Assembly: GCA_000004695.1 (NCBI GenBank)
Contig: CM000153.2
Span: forward strand, 1,696,001 to 1,760,000
DNA: 64,000 nucleotides
Origin: Dictyostelium discoideum
Taxonomy: Eukaryota
Direction of reading: 5' to 3'
The position numbers and the translations under genes are program-made. Under the pieces are notes generated by a model. That model saw only the letters and a list, made by a program, of their open reading frames with translations, was not told the origin of the DNA and did no database searches. Below, in pieces: positions 1-16,490 of this stretch (the first letter of the stretch is position 1; each line of letters begins with the position of its first letter).

Positions 1-194
1 ATTAATCTATATGATTTATAATCTTTATTATAACATAATTCATCAAACATTATTTTAACCTTTTTATTGTTATTCTCTTTTTCCATAATATATCCATTAT
101 CTATAATATAATTTGATTCTTTATTTAATGTTTCATATTCACTTTGATAATATTTTGATTCTATAAAAACATGTGATTCTATTGTTTTAAAATT
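1..194 (-). CDS. partial ORF running off the left edge; 64 stop-free codons on the minus strand with internal ATGs at 86 and 47
   Basis: Reverse-complement of 1..194 reads NFKTIESHVFIESKYYQSEYETLNKESNYIIDNGYIMEKENNNKKVKIMFDELCYNKDYKSYRL with no stop. That length is unlikely by chance in DNA this AT-rich. No homolog recognised. Confidence 0.25.
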
Positions 195-235
195 TTAATA
201 ATATTAATATTATTTTGATTTTATTTATATATTAT

Positions 236-369
<134 letters not shown>

Positions 370-858
370 GTTTATTATTAACTTACCAACTATTTTTTGT
401 GTTATATTCATTCTATAAAGAGAAGGTGATTGTGGAATACATAATGTATAACATTTTGATTCTATAGTATTAAATATTTTTGGAAATTTGAATTTTATTG
501 TTTTAAAAAATAAATTATGGTTTAAATCTTCATCCATTCCTTAATTTTATTATTATTATTATTGTTGTTGTTGTTGTTATTATTTTTGATTTTTAAAAAA
601 AAATATATTTCGACTATATAATATATGTTCTCTTTGGGTGCTACAATTTGGTTTAAATTTTTTTTTTTTTTTTACTGTTTACTATTTTTTTTTTAATTGT
701 ATTGTTTTATTTTTTTAATACTAAATTTATTATTATAATTTAATTTTATTATAATTTTATTTTATAATAATGAAAAAAATATTATTGGTACTATTATGAA
801 TTTTCATATATATGTAAATTGTTTATTGTTGCTTTTCTCTATTTGTATTTTAAAAAGT

Positions 859-904
859 ATGTGATGGTGTTGTGTGTTGGAGTTGTGTATGTGTGTTTAT
901 TTGT
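859..904. promoter_or_regulatory. GT-rich (GTGTGT/GGTG) island in otherwise A/T intergenic DNA
   Basis: gtgatggtgttgtgtgttggagttgtgtatgtgtgtttatttg; it resembles the G/CA-rich boxes (GBF-type sites) found in Dictyostelium promoters. Confidence 0.2.
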
Positions 905-1055
905 TTTTTTTTTTTTTTTTTTGTTTAAAAAGTGGGTGTGGCGATTGTAGAAAAGAAAAAAAAAAAAAAGAATTTTAAATACAAAAAAAAAAAAAAAAAA
1001 AAAAAAAAAAGGAATTTTATTAATGACCTTCTGTCACTATTCCTCGTTGTAAAAA

Positions 1056-1105
<50 letters not shown>

Positions 1106-1487
1106 TAAAAAATAAAAAATAATAATTAAAATAAAATAAAATAAAAAATAAAATTATTTTTTATATAGAAAATAAAAAAAAATAAAAAAATAAACTTTTA
1201 ATTAAAATAAAATAAAAAATAAATTATATGAATTTTTAAAAATAGAATAATGCTTTTGCCAAATAATGTTAATTTTACCCAGGGCGGATTTGATATTTAT
1301 TTATAAATATGAAAATAAAAATAAAAAAAAAATAAAAATAAAAAAAATAAAAATAGATAAAAAAAAAAGAAAAAAAAAAAAGAAATTAAAATCTATGAAA
1401 ACAATACCAAATGATAAACCTTTTATATATTTATTTTTATTTTTAATGTTACATTTATTTATTAATTTTTTTTTTTTTATTTATTTT

Positions 1488-1537
<50 letters not shown>

Positions 1538-1611
1538 TGGATATACATATATATATTATTAAATTGAATGAGATGATTACTAAATTATTATTATTATTAT
1601 TATTACTACTA

Positions 1612-3450
<1,839 letters not shown>

Positions 3451-4154
3451 TTTCTTTTTGATTTATTTGTGATTGAACTTTTATATGTTTGAAAATATTA
3501 ATATGGGGGGAGACTATTTTTTTTTTTTAATTTTTTCAAATCAAAAAAAAAATTTTATTTTTTTTATTTTTTTTTTTTTATTTTTTTTTTTCTTTTATTA
3601 TAAATTATTATTTTTATTTTTATTTTTTTTTTTTTTTTAAAAATGAGATACCATCTTATCTTATCAATAATGATCTTGATAATATGTTTATTGTTTATTT
3701 ATGAAAAATGAATTTTTTTTTTAAAAAAAAAAAAAAAAAAATTATTTTCTTTAATTATTTCCAATGTTATTTTTTTTATCAATAAAATTAATTGAAGAAA
3801 AAAAAAAAAAAAAAATAGAAAAATAATAATAATAATAAATATCGCTGAACTAGGAAATATTTTTTTTTTTTTTTTTAAAAATTTTTTTTATTTTTTTATT
3901 TTTTTTTATTATTATTATTTTTAAATATGGAAATGATTGATAAATAAAATATGTCCATATATATTTAAGTTGTTTAATTTTAATTTTTTTTAGTTTTTTT
4001 TTTTTTTTTTAAAAAGTTAGTGATGGGTTATTATATTGTTATTTATTCATTATTAATTCCATTGATTTTTAATTATTTATTATTTTTAGTTTTTATTTTT
4101 TTTTTTTTTATTATTTTTATTTTTTTATTTTTTAATTTTGATTATACAAAAAGT

Positions 4155-4212
4155 TTTGTTTGTTTGTTTGTTTGTTTTTTTGTTTTGTTTTGTTTTGTTT
4201 TGTTTTGTTTTG

Positions 4213-4240
<28 letters not shown>
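4155..4240. repeat. (GTTT)n/(GTTTT)n microsatellite
   Basis: gtttgtttgtttg followed by about 11 units of ttttg, then a poly-T run. Confidence 0.9.
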
Positions 4241-4243
<3 letters not shown>

Positions 4244-4270
4244 TTTTTTTTTAAAAAATGTTTAGTACTA

Positions 4271-5885
<1,615 letters not shown>

Positions 5886-6609
5886 ATTATGTATATTATC
5901 TATCTACTATTATTGTTATTATCTATTACTATTTATTTATCTATTTATTTATTATTATATTCTTATTATTGTTATTTTATTTTATTATTTTTATTTTATT
6001 TTTTTGGTGAGTTTGTGTTTGTGTTTGTGAATGCGAAAATTTATTTCTTTTTTTTTTTTTTATTATTTTTTTTTTTTTTATTTTTTTTTTTTTATTTTTT
6101 TTTTTTTTTATTATTATTATTTTTTATGTACGGTGCACCATATAAAAATTATTTTCTATATTATATATATATACTACACAAATTATTAATTATTTAATTA
6201 TTATGATTATTATGATTGATATGTAATTCTCTTCACTCCCCTTCTCTGAATTTTATTTTTAAATTTCTTTCCCCTATATCTTTTTATTATTATCTTTTGA
6301 TTATCAAAAAAAAAAAAAAGAAAAAAAAAAAGAAAAAAAAAAAACAACAACAACAATAAAAATAGATAACTATAAAATATGATGAAGAGCAAAAATGCTG
6401 TTTTTTTTTTTTGCTATTAATTTTAGATAATGAACAACAAAAGCTGAAAAAAAAATGAAAAAAAAAAAAAATAAAAAAAAAAAAAAAAAAAATGAAAAAA
6501 AAAAATAAAAATAAAAAAAATAAAATAAAAATAAAAAAAAAAAAAATGTGAAAATGAAATTTTCCAGGTTGTCATTTTTGGTCAAAAATTGATTAAATAA
6601 TTTTTAAAT

Positions 6610-8463
6610 TTACTTTTTATTTGTTGTTGTTGTTGTCAAAGGTGATTTGGATGTCATATTAACAGATGATGATGATGATGAAGTTGTTGGAGAAGATTTT
6701 GGTTTTGATGGTGTTATTAAAATAGGTGATTCTTTTTTTGATGGTGTTGGTTTATTTACTGTCGGATTTGAATTTATTGTTGTTGTTGTTAAATTAACAG
6801 AGGACATTGTTTTTGATAAACTCGGAATTTTACCACCACCACCACTACTACTATTATTACCAACACTAGTTGGTGATAAATTTAAAGAGGATGAAGCCTT
6901 TGATAATGTTGGTATTTTTGGTGTTGTTGGAGAAGTAGTAAATGAAGATGATGGTGATGATGATGAAGAAGAGGGTTTTTTAGTTAATGGTGAGGGTTTC
7001 TTTGAAAGTGGTGTTGTTGGTCTTTGTGGTGTAGTTGGTGTTGTTGGTCTTATATTTTGTTGGGTTTGTTGAGGTTGTTCTTGAGGTTGTTGCTGTACAT
7101 TTATTGTTGAAGTTGTTGGTGATGAAGTTGGTGATGAAGTTGTTGTTGTTGTTGGTGATGAAGTTGTTGATGAATATGAAACCATTGGTGAATCTGATAT
7201 ATTTTCAGGATCTTTTTTTGTTACAAGTTTTAAATGAAGTAAATGAAAATCAGGTCTATCCTGTTCAGTATTCATTAATTCTAAATAAGAATTACCAAAA
7301 TATAGAAATGATTTTTGATTTTGATTTTCCCATTCAGCCAATTCCTTTACTAAATCAGTGGTAAGTATTGGATATTCTCTAGCTATAGTTTTACGAAATT
7401 TAGCTTCTTCCAATAATCTAATTGAACTACCTTTAAATCTACTAGGATCACTTGCACTAGTTTCAAAGTTTTTCATCTCACTCTTTATCCATTCCCTTCT
7501 TTTAACTTTATTTAAAATTGATTTCATTGAATCTAATAATTCATTTAATAATTTAATTTCTTTATCAATAATTTCTAATGTTTCAATATTATAATAATTT
7601 ATTTCATTTGAATAATCAATTTCATCATTATTATTATTATTATCATTATTATTATTATTATTTAATAATAAATCTTTTAAATTTCTTTGATTTAATGGTA
7701 TACATAATTGATCCCATAATGATTGTAATGATTTAAATTTTGATTGAAATGAATCTTTAAATTTTAATTTCTTTAAATTTGTTAAATGATTTGATTCTTG
7801 AGTTAATAGATTTATTAAGGATAATGATGGGATTGAAGGTGGTGGTAATTTATTTCTTTTTAATTTAAAGTTTAATCTAGTTTCATCATTTAATGGAATT
7901 GATAATTGTTGATAATCACGTTCAATTGAATTAATTTGATTATTAATTTGTTTTAATCTTTTCTCTTTCATTAGTTCAAATGTTTTAATTATTCCTTCAA
8001 TTTTATATAATATTTGAATTAATGATTTCATTTCTAATTTATTTTTTGAACAATCATCACCATCATCATCATCATTTAGTTTTAATTTATTTAAAATTTG
8101 ATTTAATTCATTATTTTCATTATTTTCAATAGTTGATTCTAATTCTAATTGATTTTTTAAATTTAATGCAATTGATTTTGAATCATTAATTTTATCCATA
8201 ATCGAGTTACGTATATCTTGTAATTTTTTAATTTCATTTTCAATTTCATCAATTCTTTTATTTGAAACTGATATACCAATTTCAATAAATGATGATGAAA
8301 CATATTCTGTATCTTTATTATCACTTAGATCAATTCCTAATTCTTTATATAATTTCATTAATTCTGAATAAACTTCTTTTAATTTAATTTCATTTTTATT
8401 ATATATCTTTTATTATTATATATACATTAGTAATTGATTAATAATAATTATTATAATTATTAC

Positions 8464-8515
<52 letters not shown>

Positions 8516-8995
8516 TAATTTTATAAATACATTTTTTAAATTTATATTAAAATTATTTAAATGATTAATTTGTTTTAAAAGTTTAGGTGTTTTTAATAAA
8601 GTTGATTGAATTAATGTATTATAATCTGATTGAATTTCATTATCAATTTCGAATTTATTAGGTGTTAAATCAAGTGATTGTATTAATTTATTAATTTCAA
8701 TTAAAAGATTTGATTTCTTTTCAATTAAAATTTGTTCTCTTTCTTTTTGTTGCCCAATTTTATTTTCAATTAATTCTATAATTTCTTTATTTAATTGTTG
8801 GTGTTGATTTTTATTTGTATCATTTTCATCATTATTATCATCATCATTGTTATCTTCTAAACTTTGTAATATATTATCATATTTAATAATTAATGGATTT
8901 ATTTGGTTATAATATTTTTCAATTATTTTCGATGATAGGTAATGATTGTAATTACAATTATCTTTATTTATTATTATTATTTCATTCCCTATCAT
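6610..8995 (-). CDS. Ase1/PRC1/MAP65-family microtubule cross-linker; 2 exons, about 753 aa
   Basis: Exons (minus strand): 8995..8531 with donor AAT|GTATTT, and 8406..6610 with acceptor aaag|ATATAT; phase 0. Repeated MAP65-rod motifs are KLIQSLDLTPNK, LYKELGIDLSD and SLWDQLCIPLNQRN. The conserved region EWIKSEMKNFETSASDPSRFKG..RLLEEAKFRKTIAREYPILTTDLVKELAEWENQNQKSFLYFGNSY is present, and the C-terminal S/T/P-rich tail is typical of PRC1. The 124-nt intron holds (ATT)n. Start taken as the first ATG after an in-frame TAA. Confidence 0.75.
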
Positions 8996-9612
8996 TATTA
9001 ATTATTAATAAAGAATAGGAAAAACAAAAAAAAAAAAAATTCGATTAAAAAAAATTTAAAAACAAAAAAAATAAAAAAAAAAACAAAAAATTAAAAAAAA
9101 AAAGAAAATTCTAATAGGGGAATCTACAAAAAAAAAAAAAAAAAAAAAAAAAATAAAAAAAAAAAAAAATAATTAAATGAAAATAAAAAATAGATAATGG
9201 TTTTAATTCTACTACCCTTTTGGTTTAAATTATTCCCAATTGGAATAATATCAAAATCAATTTAGAAAAAAAAAAAAAAAAATTGATGTATAAAATTAAA
9301 TTATTTAGGGAAATGTGTTGTTTTTTTTCCTAAAATAGAAACTTTTTTTTTTTTTTTTGAACAATTAAATTTGAGAAAATAAAAAAAAAATAATAATAAC
9401 CCATCCAACTAATTAGAACGAGTATCTCTAAGAGAACCAGATTTATTTTTGATAGTTTTTTGTTTTTTTGTTTTTTTGTTTTTTTTTTTTTTTTTCATTG
9501 AACCCAAGAACAATGACACTCCATTTTATCTTGGAATTTAATTAAAAATTGTGTGTATATATAGGTAATGTTATATTATTTTAAATTATTATTATTATTG
9601 ACAATTACTAAT

Positions 9613-10032
9613 TTAAGCAATAATTGAACATTTCTTTCCAGTTTTTTGAATATTCTTTAATAATTCATCTGCTCCCATTTTTGAACTTTCACAACTGACT
9701 TTTTTATTTTCAAGGTCAATTTGAATATTTGAAACACCATCTAAAATTATTATTTTTGTTTTTTTATTATTATTATTTTATTTTTTTTTTTTTATTTTTT
9801 TTTTTTTTTGTTGTTTTGTTTTTAAATTTTAAAAAATAGTGTGTTAATAGTTACCAATTTTAGATAAGATGGCATTTACAGCTTTTGAGCAACCACCACA
9901 TGTCATATCAACGAAAAAGGAATACTGGAAATATAAGTATACAGGTTAAACATTATTAATAATCTTATATTAAATTATTGTAAAAAAAATAAAAAAAATA
10001 AAAATAAAAAAAACTTTTTTACATACAGTCAT
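9613..10032 (-). CDS. atox1: ATX1/ATOX1-type copper chaperone (HMA domain); 3 exons, 67 aa
   Basis: Exons (minus strand): 10032..10027 (ATGACT then GTATGT), 9924..9855, 9740..9613. Product MTYSFFVDMTCGGCSKAVNAILSKIDGVSNIQIDLENKKVSCESSKMGADELLKNIQKTGKKCSIIA. The MTCGGC metal-binding motif and FFVDM match human ATOX1 (HEFSVDMTCGGC). The 2-codon first exon is inferred from its canonical GTATGT donor. Confidence 0.7.
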
Positions 10033-10068
10033 TTTATTGTTTTAATTTGTTTTATATTAATTCACTGT

Positions 10069-10106
<38 letters not shown>

Positions 10107-10233
10107 AAAATAAAAAAAATTAAAAAATTAAAAAAAAAAAAATTAAAAATTAAAAAAAAAAAAATAAAAAAGGTTCCCTTTAAATTTTTTTTAAATCATA
10201 TTGATCTCAGGTTGGCAAACTTTTTATTATTAT

Positions 10234-10281
<48 letters not shown>

Positions 10282-10442
10282 AAATAAATAAAAACAAATA
10301 AATAAATAAAAAAAAAAAAACAGAAATATAAATATAAATATACATCTTCTTCAGTTTCATCTTTATAGAAATCTCTTTCTCTAATTTCATTTATTAAATT
10401 GTAAATCACCCATTTTAATAATGTGTGAGTTATATTTAAAAA

Positions 10443-10562
10443 TGAAATTAGAGAAAGGGATTTTCATGAAGATGAAGCTGAAGAAGATTGTCCAACAAGT
10501 TGTTCAAGTGATGACCATGATGACACTTAAAAAGACAATAGAACAGGTCCAAATGATGTAAA
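10443..10562 (+). other. 39-codon ATG..TAA ORF of near-normal base composition in the atox1/mo25 divergent promoter
   Basis: ATGAAATTAGAGAAAGGG...CAAATGATGTAA reads MKLEKGIFMKMKLKKIVQQVVQVMTMMTLKKTIEQVQMM. Possible uORF or small gene; no support beyond being open. Confidence 0.15.
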
Positions 10563-10722
10563 ATCCTTTATTCAAGTTAAAAAAAGCTTCAAATAATTTC
10601 AAAAAAACAAATAAAAAAAAAAAAAAAGAACTCTTTAAAAACAAGAAATATTTTTATTTTATTTTTTTTTATTTTATTTTCTCTTTTTTTTATTACTATT
10701 ACTATTTGTTTTTTTTTGGTTT

Positions 10723-10765
<43 letters not shown>

Positions 10766-11061
10766 GTTGATTTTAAAAAAAAAATAAAAAAATAAAAAAA
10801 AAAATTAATTTTTTTAAAAATTTTTTTTTTTTTAAAAAATTTTTTTTTTTTTTTTTTTTTTTTTTCTCAATAATAACTAAAAATAATACGCCACAAAGTC
10901 AAAAGAGTATTGTTTTTGCTATATCATATAGTATATAGATAATCGTTAAAATTATATATTTAATATATTTTATAAAAAATTAAAGTAAAAAATAATAATA
11001 ATAATAATAAAGAAATTTAATATATAAACAAAAAAAAAGAGACAAAGAGAGAGAAAATAAA

Positions 11062-11391
11062 ATGAATATCTTTTTTAATAAAAAACAAAAGACCCCATCA
11101 GAATTGGTTAAATCCATTAAAGAAAGCCTTGCTTCAATGGATAAAAGTGGTCCAAACTCTAAATCAACCGAAAAGGTAAGCTATTTTTAATCATTGGAAT
11201 CATTTTCTATTTATATCTTATTTTTAAAAATAAAATAAAATAAAATAAAATAAAATAAAATAAAATAAAAAAAAAAAAAAGATCATACCACAGTGACTAT
11301 CAATTTTTTTTTTCTTTTACTCTTTCTTTCCTTCTTTCTTCCTTAATAAATATTAACATTATCACACCCTCCTTCAATTTAATCAAAAAAA

Positions 11392-11423
<32 letters not shown>

Positions 11424-12242
11424 AAAAGGCATCAGAAGAAATTTCAAAATGTTTACAAGAGATTAAAAAGATATTACATGGTGATTCAGAGCATGAACCA
11501 AATCAAGAGGTTGTTGCTGTATTATCAAATGAAATATGTACCAGTGATTTGGTACAAATCCTTATTAAAGATTTAAACAAACTCGAGTTTGAAGCTAAAA
11601 AAGATGTAGCTCAAATTTTCAATATTTTATTAAGACATAAAAATGGTGCTCGTTCACCAATTGTAGAATATATCGCTAAAAATCCAGAAATTTTAGATTC
11701 ATTAGTTAAAGGGTAATTAGTACTTAAATATAGTATAATAGACAGATAAAATATACATACCTACAGGAGTGATCGATCGATAGATAGGTAGATAGATATA
11801 TAGATAAATAAATAATTATAGGAAGATAGTGATAGTTTAGTAATAATAGAAAATATCATTCCTCCCTCCCTCCAATTAATATCAAATACTGACATAAAAT
11901 ACCTAAATAAACACATACATACATACATACATAAATAATCATTTATTTTAAATTATTAGTTACGAACAACAGGATATTGCATTAAATTGTGGTACAATGC
12001 TTAGGGAATGTATCAAGCATGAATCATTGGCTAAAATTTTAATATATTCACCAAACTTTTGGGAGTTCTTTGAATTTGTTGAAGTTTCAAATTTTGATGT
12101 TGCTTCTGATACATTTGCCACCTTTAAAGAGATTTTAACAAAACATAAAACACTTAGCGCTGAATTTTTAGAAAAGAATTACGATCAGGTATATTTCATA
12201 TATATATTTATTTATTTTTAGTCATAGGATAAATTATTCTAA

Positions 12243-12275
<33 letters not shown>

Positions 12276-12396
12276 CTTTCTCTCTTTTCTTTTTTTTTCT
12301 CCTTTCAATCAATAATACAGGTTTTTGAAAAATATACTACTTTATTAAACTCACAAAATTATGTTACAAGAAGACAATCTATCAAGGTAAATAATA

Positions 12397-12465
<69 letters not shown>

Positions 12466-12958
12466 CAGCAATAGTTTATATAGTAAGAGAGTTTTTTTAG
12501 TTTTTAAGAGTTCTATAGCTTTTAGGTGAGCTTTTATTAGATCGTTCAAATTTTAATATTATGCCGTTTATATATCAGTTCAGCAGCAAACCTTAAATTC
12601 ATGATGAACCTTTTAAGAGATAAATCAAAGAGTATTCAATATGAAGCATTCCATGTTTTCAAAGTTTTTGTTGCTAACCCAAACAAAACAAAACCAATCC
12701 TTGAAATTTTAACTAAAAACAAAGAGAAATTAATAGCTTTCTTATCACAATTCCATAATGATAAAGGTATATTTAAATTTATTTTTTTTTTTTTTTTCAA
12801 AAAAAAAAAAAAAAAAAAAAAAAAAAGAAAACATCCCCCCTAACTATAGTTATTATTATTTATTATTATTTTATAAATTATTAATAAAAACAGAGGAAGA
12901 TCAATTCAGTGACGAAAAGAATTTCTTGGTTAAACAAATTCAAGCTATCCAAGGATAA
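11062..12958 (+). CDS. mo25: MO25/CAB39 scaffold protein (LKB1-STRAD and STE20 cofactor); 6 exons, about 334 aa, with an apparent 1-nt frame break in exon 5
   Basis: Exons: 11062..11175, 11429..11712, 11960..12188, 12321..12386, 12519..12766, 12894..12958. Alignment to human MO25 is collinear over the whole protein ([23 protein letters not shown].., [29 protein letters not shown].., [10 protein letters not shown]|[15 protein letters not shown].., [37 protein letters not shown].., [16 protein letters not shown]). Between NFNIM and [12 protein letters not shown] the frame slips by +1 at ATGCCG, about 12561..12566. Removing one C restores NFNIM-RL-YISS, matching human NFTIM-TK-YISK. Confidence 0.85.
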
Positions 12959-12970
12959 ACTTTTTTTTTA

Positions 12971-13001
<31 letters not shown>

Positions 13002-13282
13002 TTATTACTTTTTTTTATCTTTATCATAAAAATATATCATCAATCACTATCCATAATCGCTCAAATAATAATAATAATAATAATAATAAAATAATAATGA
13101 TAATAACAATTCAAAAATTAATAACCAACCTGTAGTTTTTTAAAAATCCAAATAAATAAAAAAAAAAAAAAAAAAAAAAAATAGTAACAATAATAAAAAA
13201 AAACAAATTAAAAAAAAAATAACAAACAAGTAAATACATTTAAATAAATAGCAACGTATAGAAGAGCCATCTAAACTTTGTA

Positions 13283-13324
<42 letters not shown>

Positions 13325-13609
13325 ATAATAATGATTTTTTTTGTTGACTTGTTTTTTATTTATTATTATTTTTTTTAAAAAAGTGAGGTTAGTTTCCAAA
13401 GTTAATATGTATTTAAATCATTTGGGAATAATTAAAAAAAAAAAAAAATGGCTTTATTTAGATTATAAACATTAAAATTAATTAAAAAACATGGGATATT
13501 GTGTAAAAAAATATTTATAAATTGCACATATATTGACATTCCAATTTGTTATTCTAAAAGTAATAAAATACAATAAATTTTTATTTTGGGAAAATAATAA
13601 CAATAACAG

Positions 13610-13653
<44 letters not shown>

Positions 13654-14382
13654 TTTAAGTTTTAATTTTATGAGAATTAAATTAATAAAATAATTTTTTT
13701 TTTTATTTATTTATTATATTTTTTTTTAATCCTAACCTAATTACTCATAGCTTGAATATTACAATTTTTTAAAATAATAATTTTATTTTAAATAATAAGG
13801 AACTCCTTTTTAAGAAAATTATTATTCCAAAGTTAAAAATTCTTTATAAAATAATTAGTTTTAATTTAATTTCAATTTTTTTTAATTAATAACTCATTTA
13901 TTTTTAATAATTATCATTTTAAAAAATTTCCTTAAAATATTTGTTTAAGAAATAACTTTATTAAATCCATCAATACTTAATTTTACCAGCCAAAGAATGA
14001 AATATTGAATTATTTTGGAAAATATTGAATAGAAAAAAGTAAAAAAAATAAATATTAGAATATAAAATTTTTTTTTTTTTTTTTTAAAATTTAAGTTAAG
14101 ATCATTTATAATGGTAAAGAGAAGGACTGGTTTAAAAATTATACATAAACCCAGGATTTCAATTTATAATAATAAAAAAAAAAAAAAAACATTGTTTTGA
14201 AATCTCGCTAAATGTCACCATTGAATCAAAATCACTTCCCAAAAAAAAAAAAAAAATAAAAAAAATAAAAATAAAATAAAAAAAAAAAAAATAAAATAAA
14301 ATAAAATTTATTTTTATTTTAATTAAATATAATTTTTGGCCCCTTCCATGCGAATCGATAATCTATCTCCTTAAAATTATAT

Positions 14383-14432
<50 letters not shown>

Positions 14433-15369
14433 AAAAAAATCTACTATGTATGAATTTTTTTTTTTTTTTTTTTTAATTATTTTAAAATATTCATAGATAG
14501 TTAAACAAATAAAATAGATAATTATAATTATAATTGAAATTAAAAGAGAATTTTCTTTTTTTTTTTTTTTTTAAAAAAAAAATAAAATAAATAAAAATAA
14601 AATAAAATAAAAATATTATAAAAGGTAATTATAAAATAAATTAAATAAAATTTTATTTATTAATATATTTTTTTTATTTTAATTTTTTTAATTTTTTTTT
14701 TATTTATTTTTCATTAATAATTTGAATTTTTTTTTGTTGTTGTTATTGTTTTGTTTTGTATTGTTGTTTTGTTTTGTTTTTTTTTTTTTTTTTTTTTTTT
14801 TTTATTAAAAATTTTATTTTAATCACAACCACTACCCCAAAACATATGTTGACAATACCCCCTCAACTACTTTTTTTAATAACCTTAACACATTATTTTT
14901 TTACATTTATTCGGTTCTCTGATCTCATAATAATTTTTTTTTTTTAATTCAATTTTATTTTTTTATTATTTTTTAATTTTAATTAATTTTATTTAATTTT
15001 TTTTCTTTTTTCTTTTTTTTTTTTTTTTTTTGTAACATTTATTTTTTATAATAATAAATTTATTCAATATTGTTGTGCAAGGTTAATAAAATATAGACAG
15101 TTTAATTTATATATACTTACCAATAATTAAACAAAAAAACAAAAAAAAAAAAATAAATAATTAAATAAATAAATAAAAAAAAAAATTAAAATTAAAATTA
15201 AAAAATTAAATAGAACAATCAAAACAATATAAATATATATATATATAATTTTTTTTTTTTTTTTTTTTTTAAAAAAAATAAACAAATAAATAAATAATTT
15301 AGAAATATCATTCAAGAATAAAATAATATTAAAAATATATAAAAACCAAAAAAATTCAAGATTATTAAA

Positions 15370-15534
15370 ATGACATCTATAATTCAATCACCACCTCTAA
15401 ATTCAAAAAAGCCCCATCTTAGCCAAGATGATAGAATCAACAAAAACAACAACAACAACAATAAAATGATTTTCCAAAAAAGAACTATTGCCGATAATCA
15501 AATTCAATCACCATTAATTGGTCATTATAAATTA

Positions 15535-15602
<68 letters not shown>

Positions 15603-16269
15603 CAATAGTTCATCGAACAACAACATCAATAATAATAATTTAGTGGTCGATGAATGTTGTGAAAAAACTGAACAAATAGAAACTAAAGAAACCATAACCA
15701 AAGTTGAAGATAATCTTAATTTAGAGGTAGATGTTGATAAAGAGATTGAAAATGAAATAGCAAAATACCAACATCTATTATCTACATCTACAATTTTTAA
15801 TGGAATATGTCAAGATTACACTGATGAAAGTGATAATAGCGATGAAGAAAATGTTGATGATGACGATGAAGAGGAAGATAATAAAAAACAAAAAGAGGAA
15901 TGTGAAGAAGAAGAAGAGGAGGAGTGTGAAGAGGAAGAAGAAGAAGATTCTGATGAAGATTCTGACGATGATGATTCAGATGACTCTGAAGATTCCGATT
16001 ATGTTGAAGAATCAATTTTAAATAATTGTTTAAGACAACAACAACAAATCAATCATAATGGTTTTATGAATAAGAAATATAATTATATAGATACAAACTC
16101 TTATTTCTTTTCAAGACAACAACAACAACAACCTCAAAAAATCAATCATATTTACGCTGATACTTCATTAAGAATGGAGTTAATTGAATTATTAACTGTA
16201 ATGAAAAATAATGAAAGAGAAAAAGGAAATATGGTTGAAGATGTTTGTGTTCATGAAATTTTTTTATAA
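15370..16269 (+). CDS. hypothetical acidic low-complexity protein, 299 aa (poly-N, E/D-rich with ECEEEEEE boxes)
   Basis: Single ORF with an ATG start in an A-rich context. No recognisable domain. An E/D/S cluster with CK2-like SD/SE sites lies around 15830..16010. Confidence 0.5.
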
Positions 16270-16490
16270 ATTTAAAAGAATATTAAAAATGATCACTTTC
16301 ATGTGTATATAAATAAAAAAAATAATATCAATTTCATATTTATTTTTGCGAATTTTGTCTATATTAAAAAGTAAAATAAAAAAAAAAAAAAAATTTAAAA
16401 AAAAAAAAAAAGACTATTATAATTTTTAATTTATATGTCACCCATATAAAAAATATCGATTAATTTATTATTATTATTATTTTTTTTTAA

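Noticed and set aside
1266-1562. ORF 1266..1562 and similar K/F/L-rich ORFs (4020..4265, 5889..6197, 6210..6585, 10196..10390, 14756..15387, 26701..26901, 31671..31947, 34671..34889, 39585..40013, 42186..42410, 52492..52737, 53279..53485)
   Set aside because: Built from poly-A / poly-T homopolymer runs in intergenic or intronic spacer. No domain content. Many begin at non-ATG pseudo-starts.
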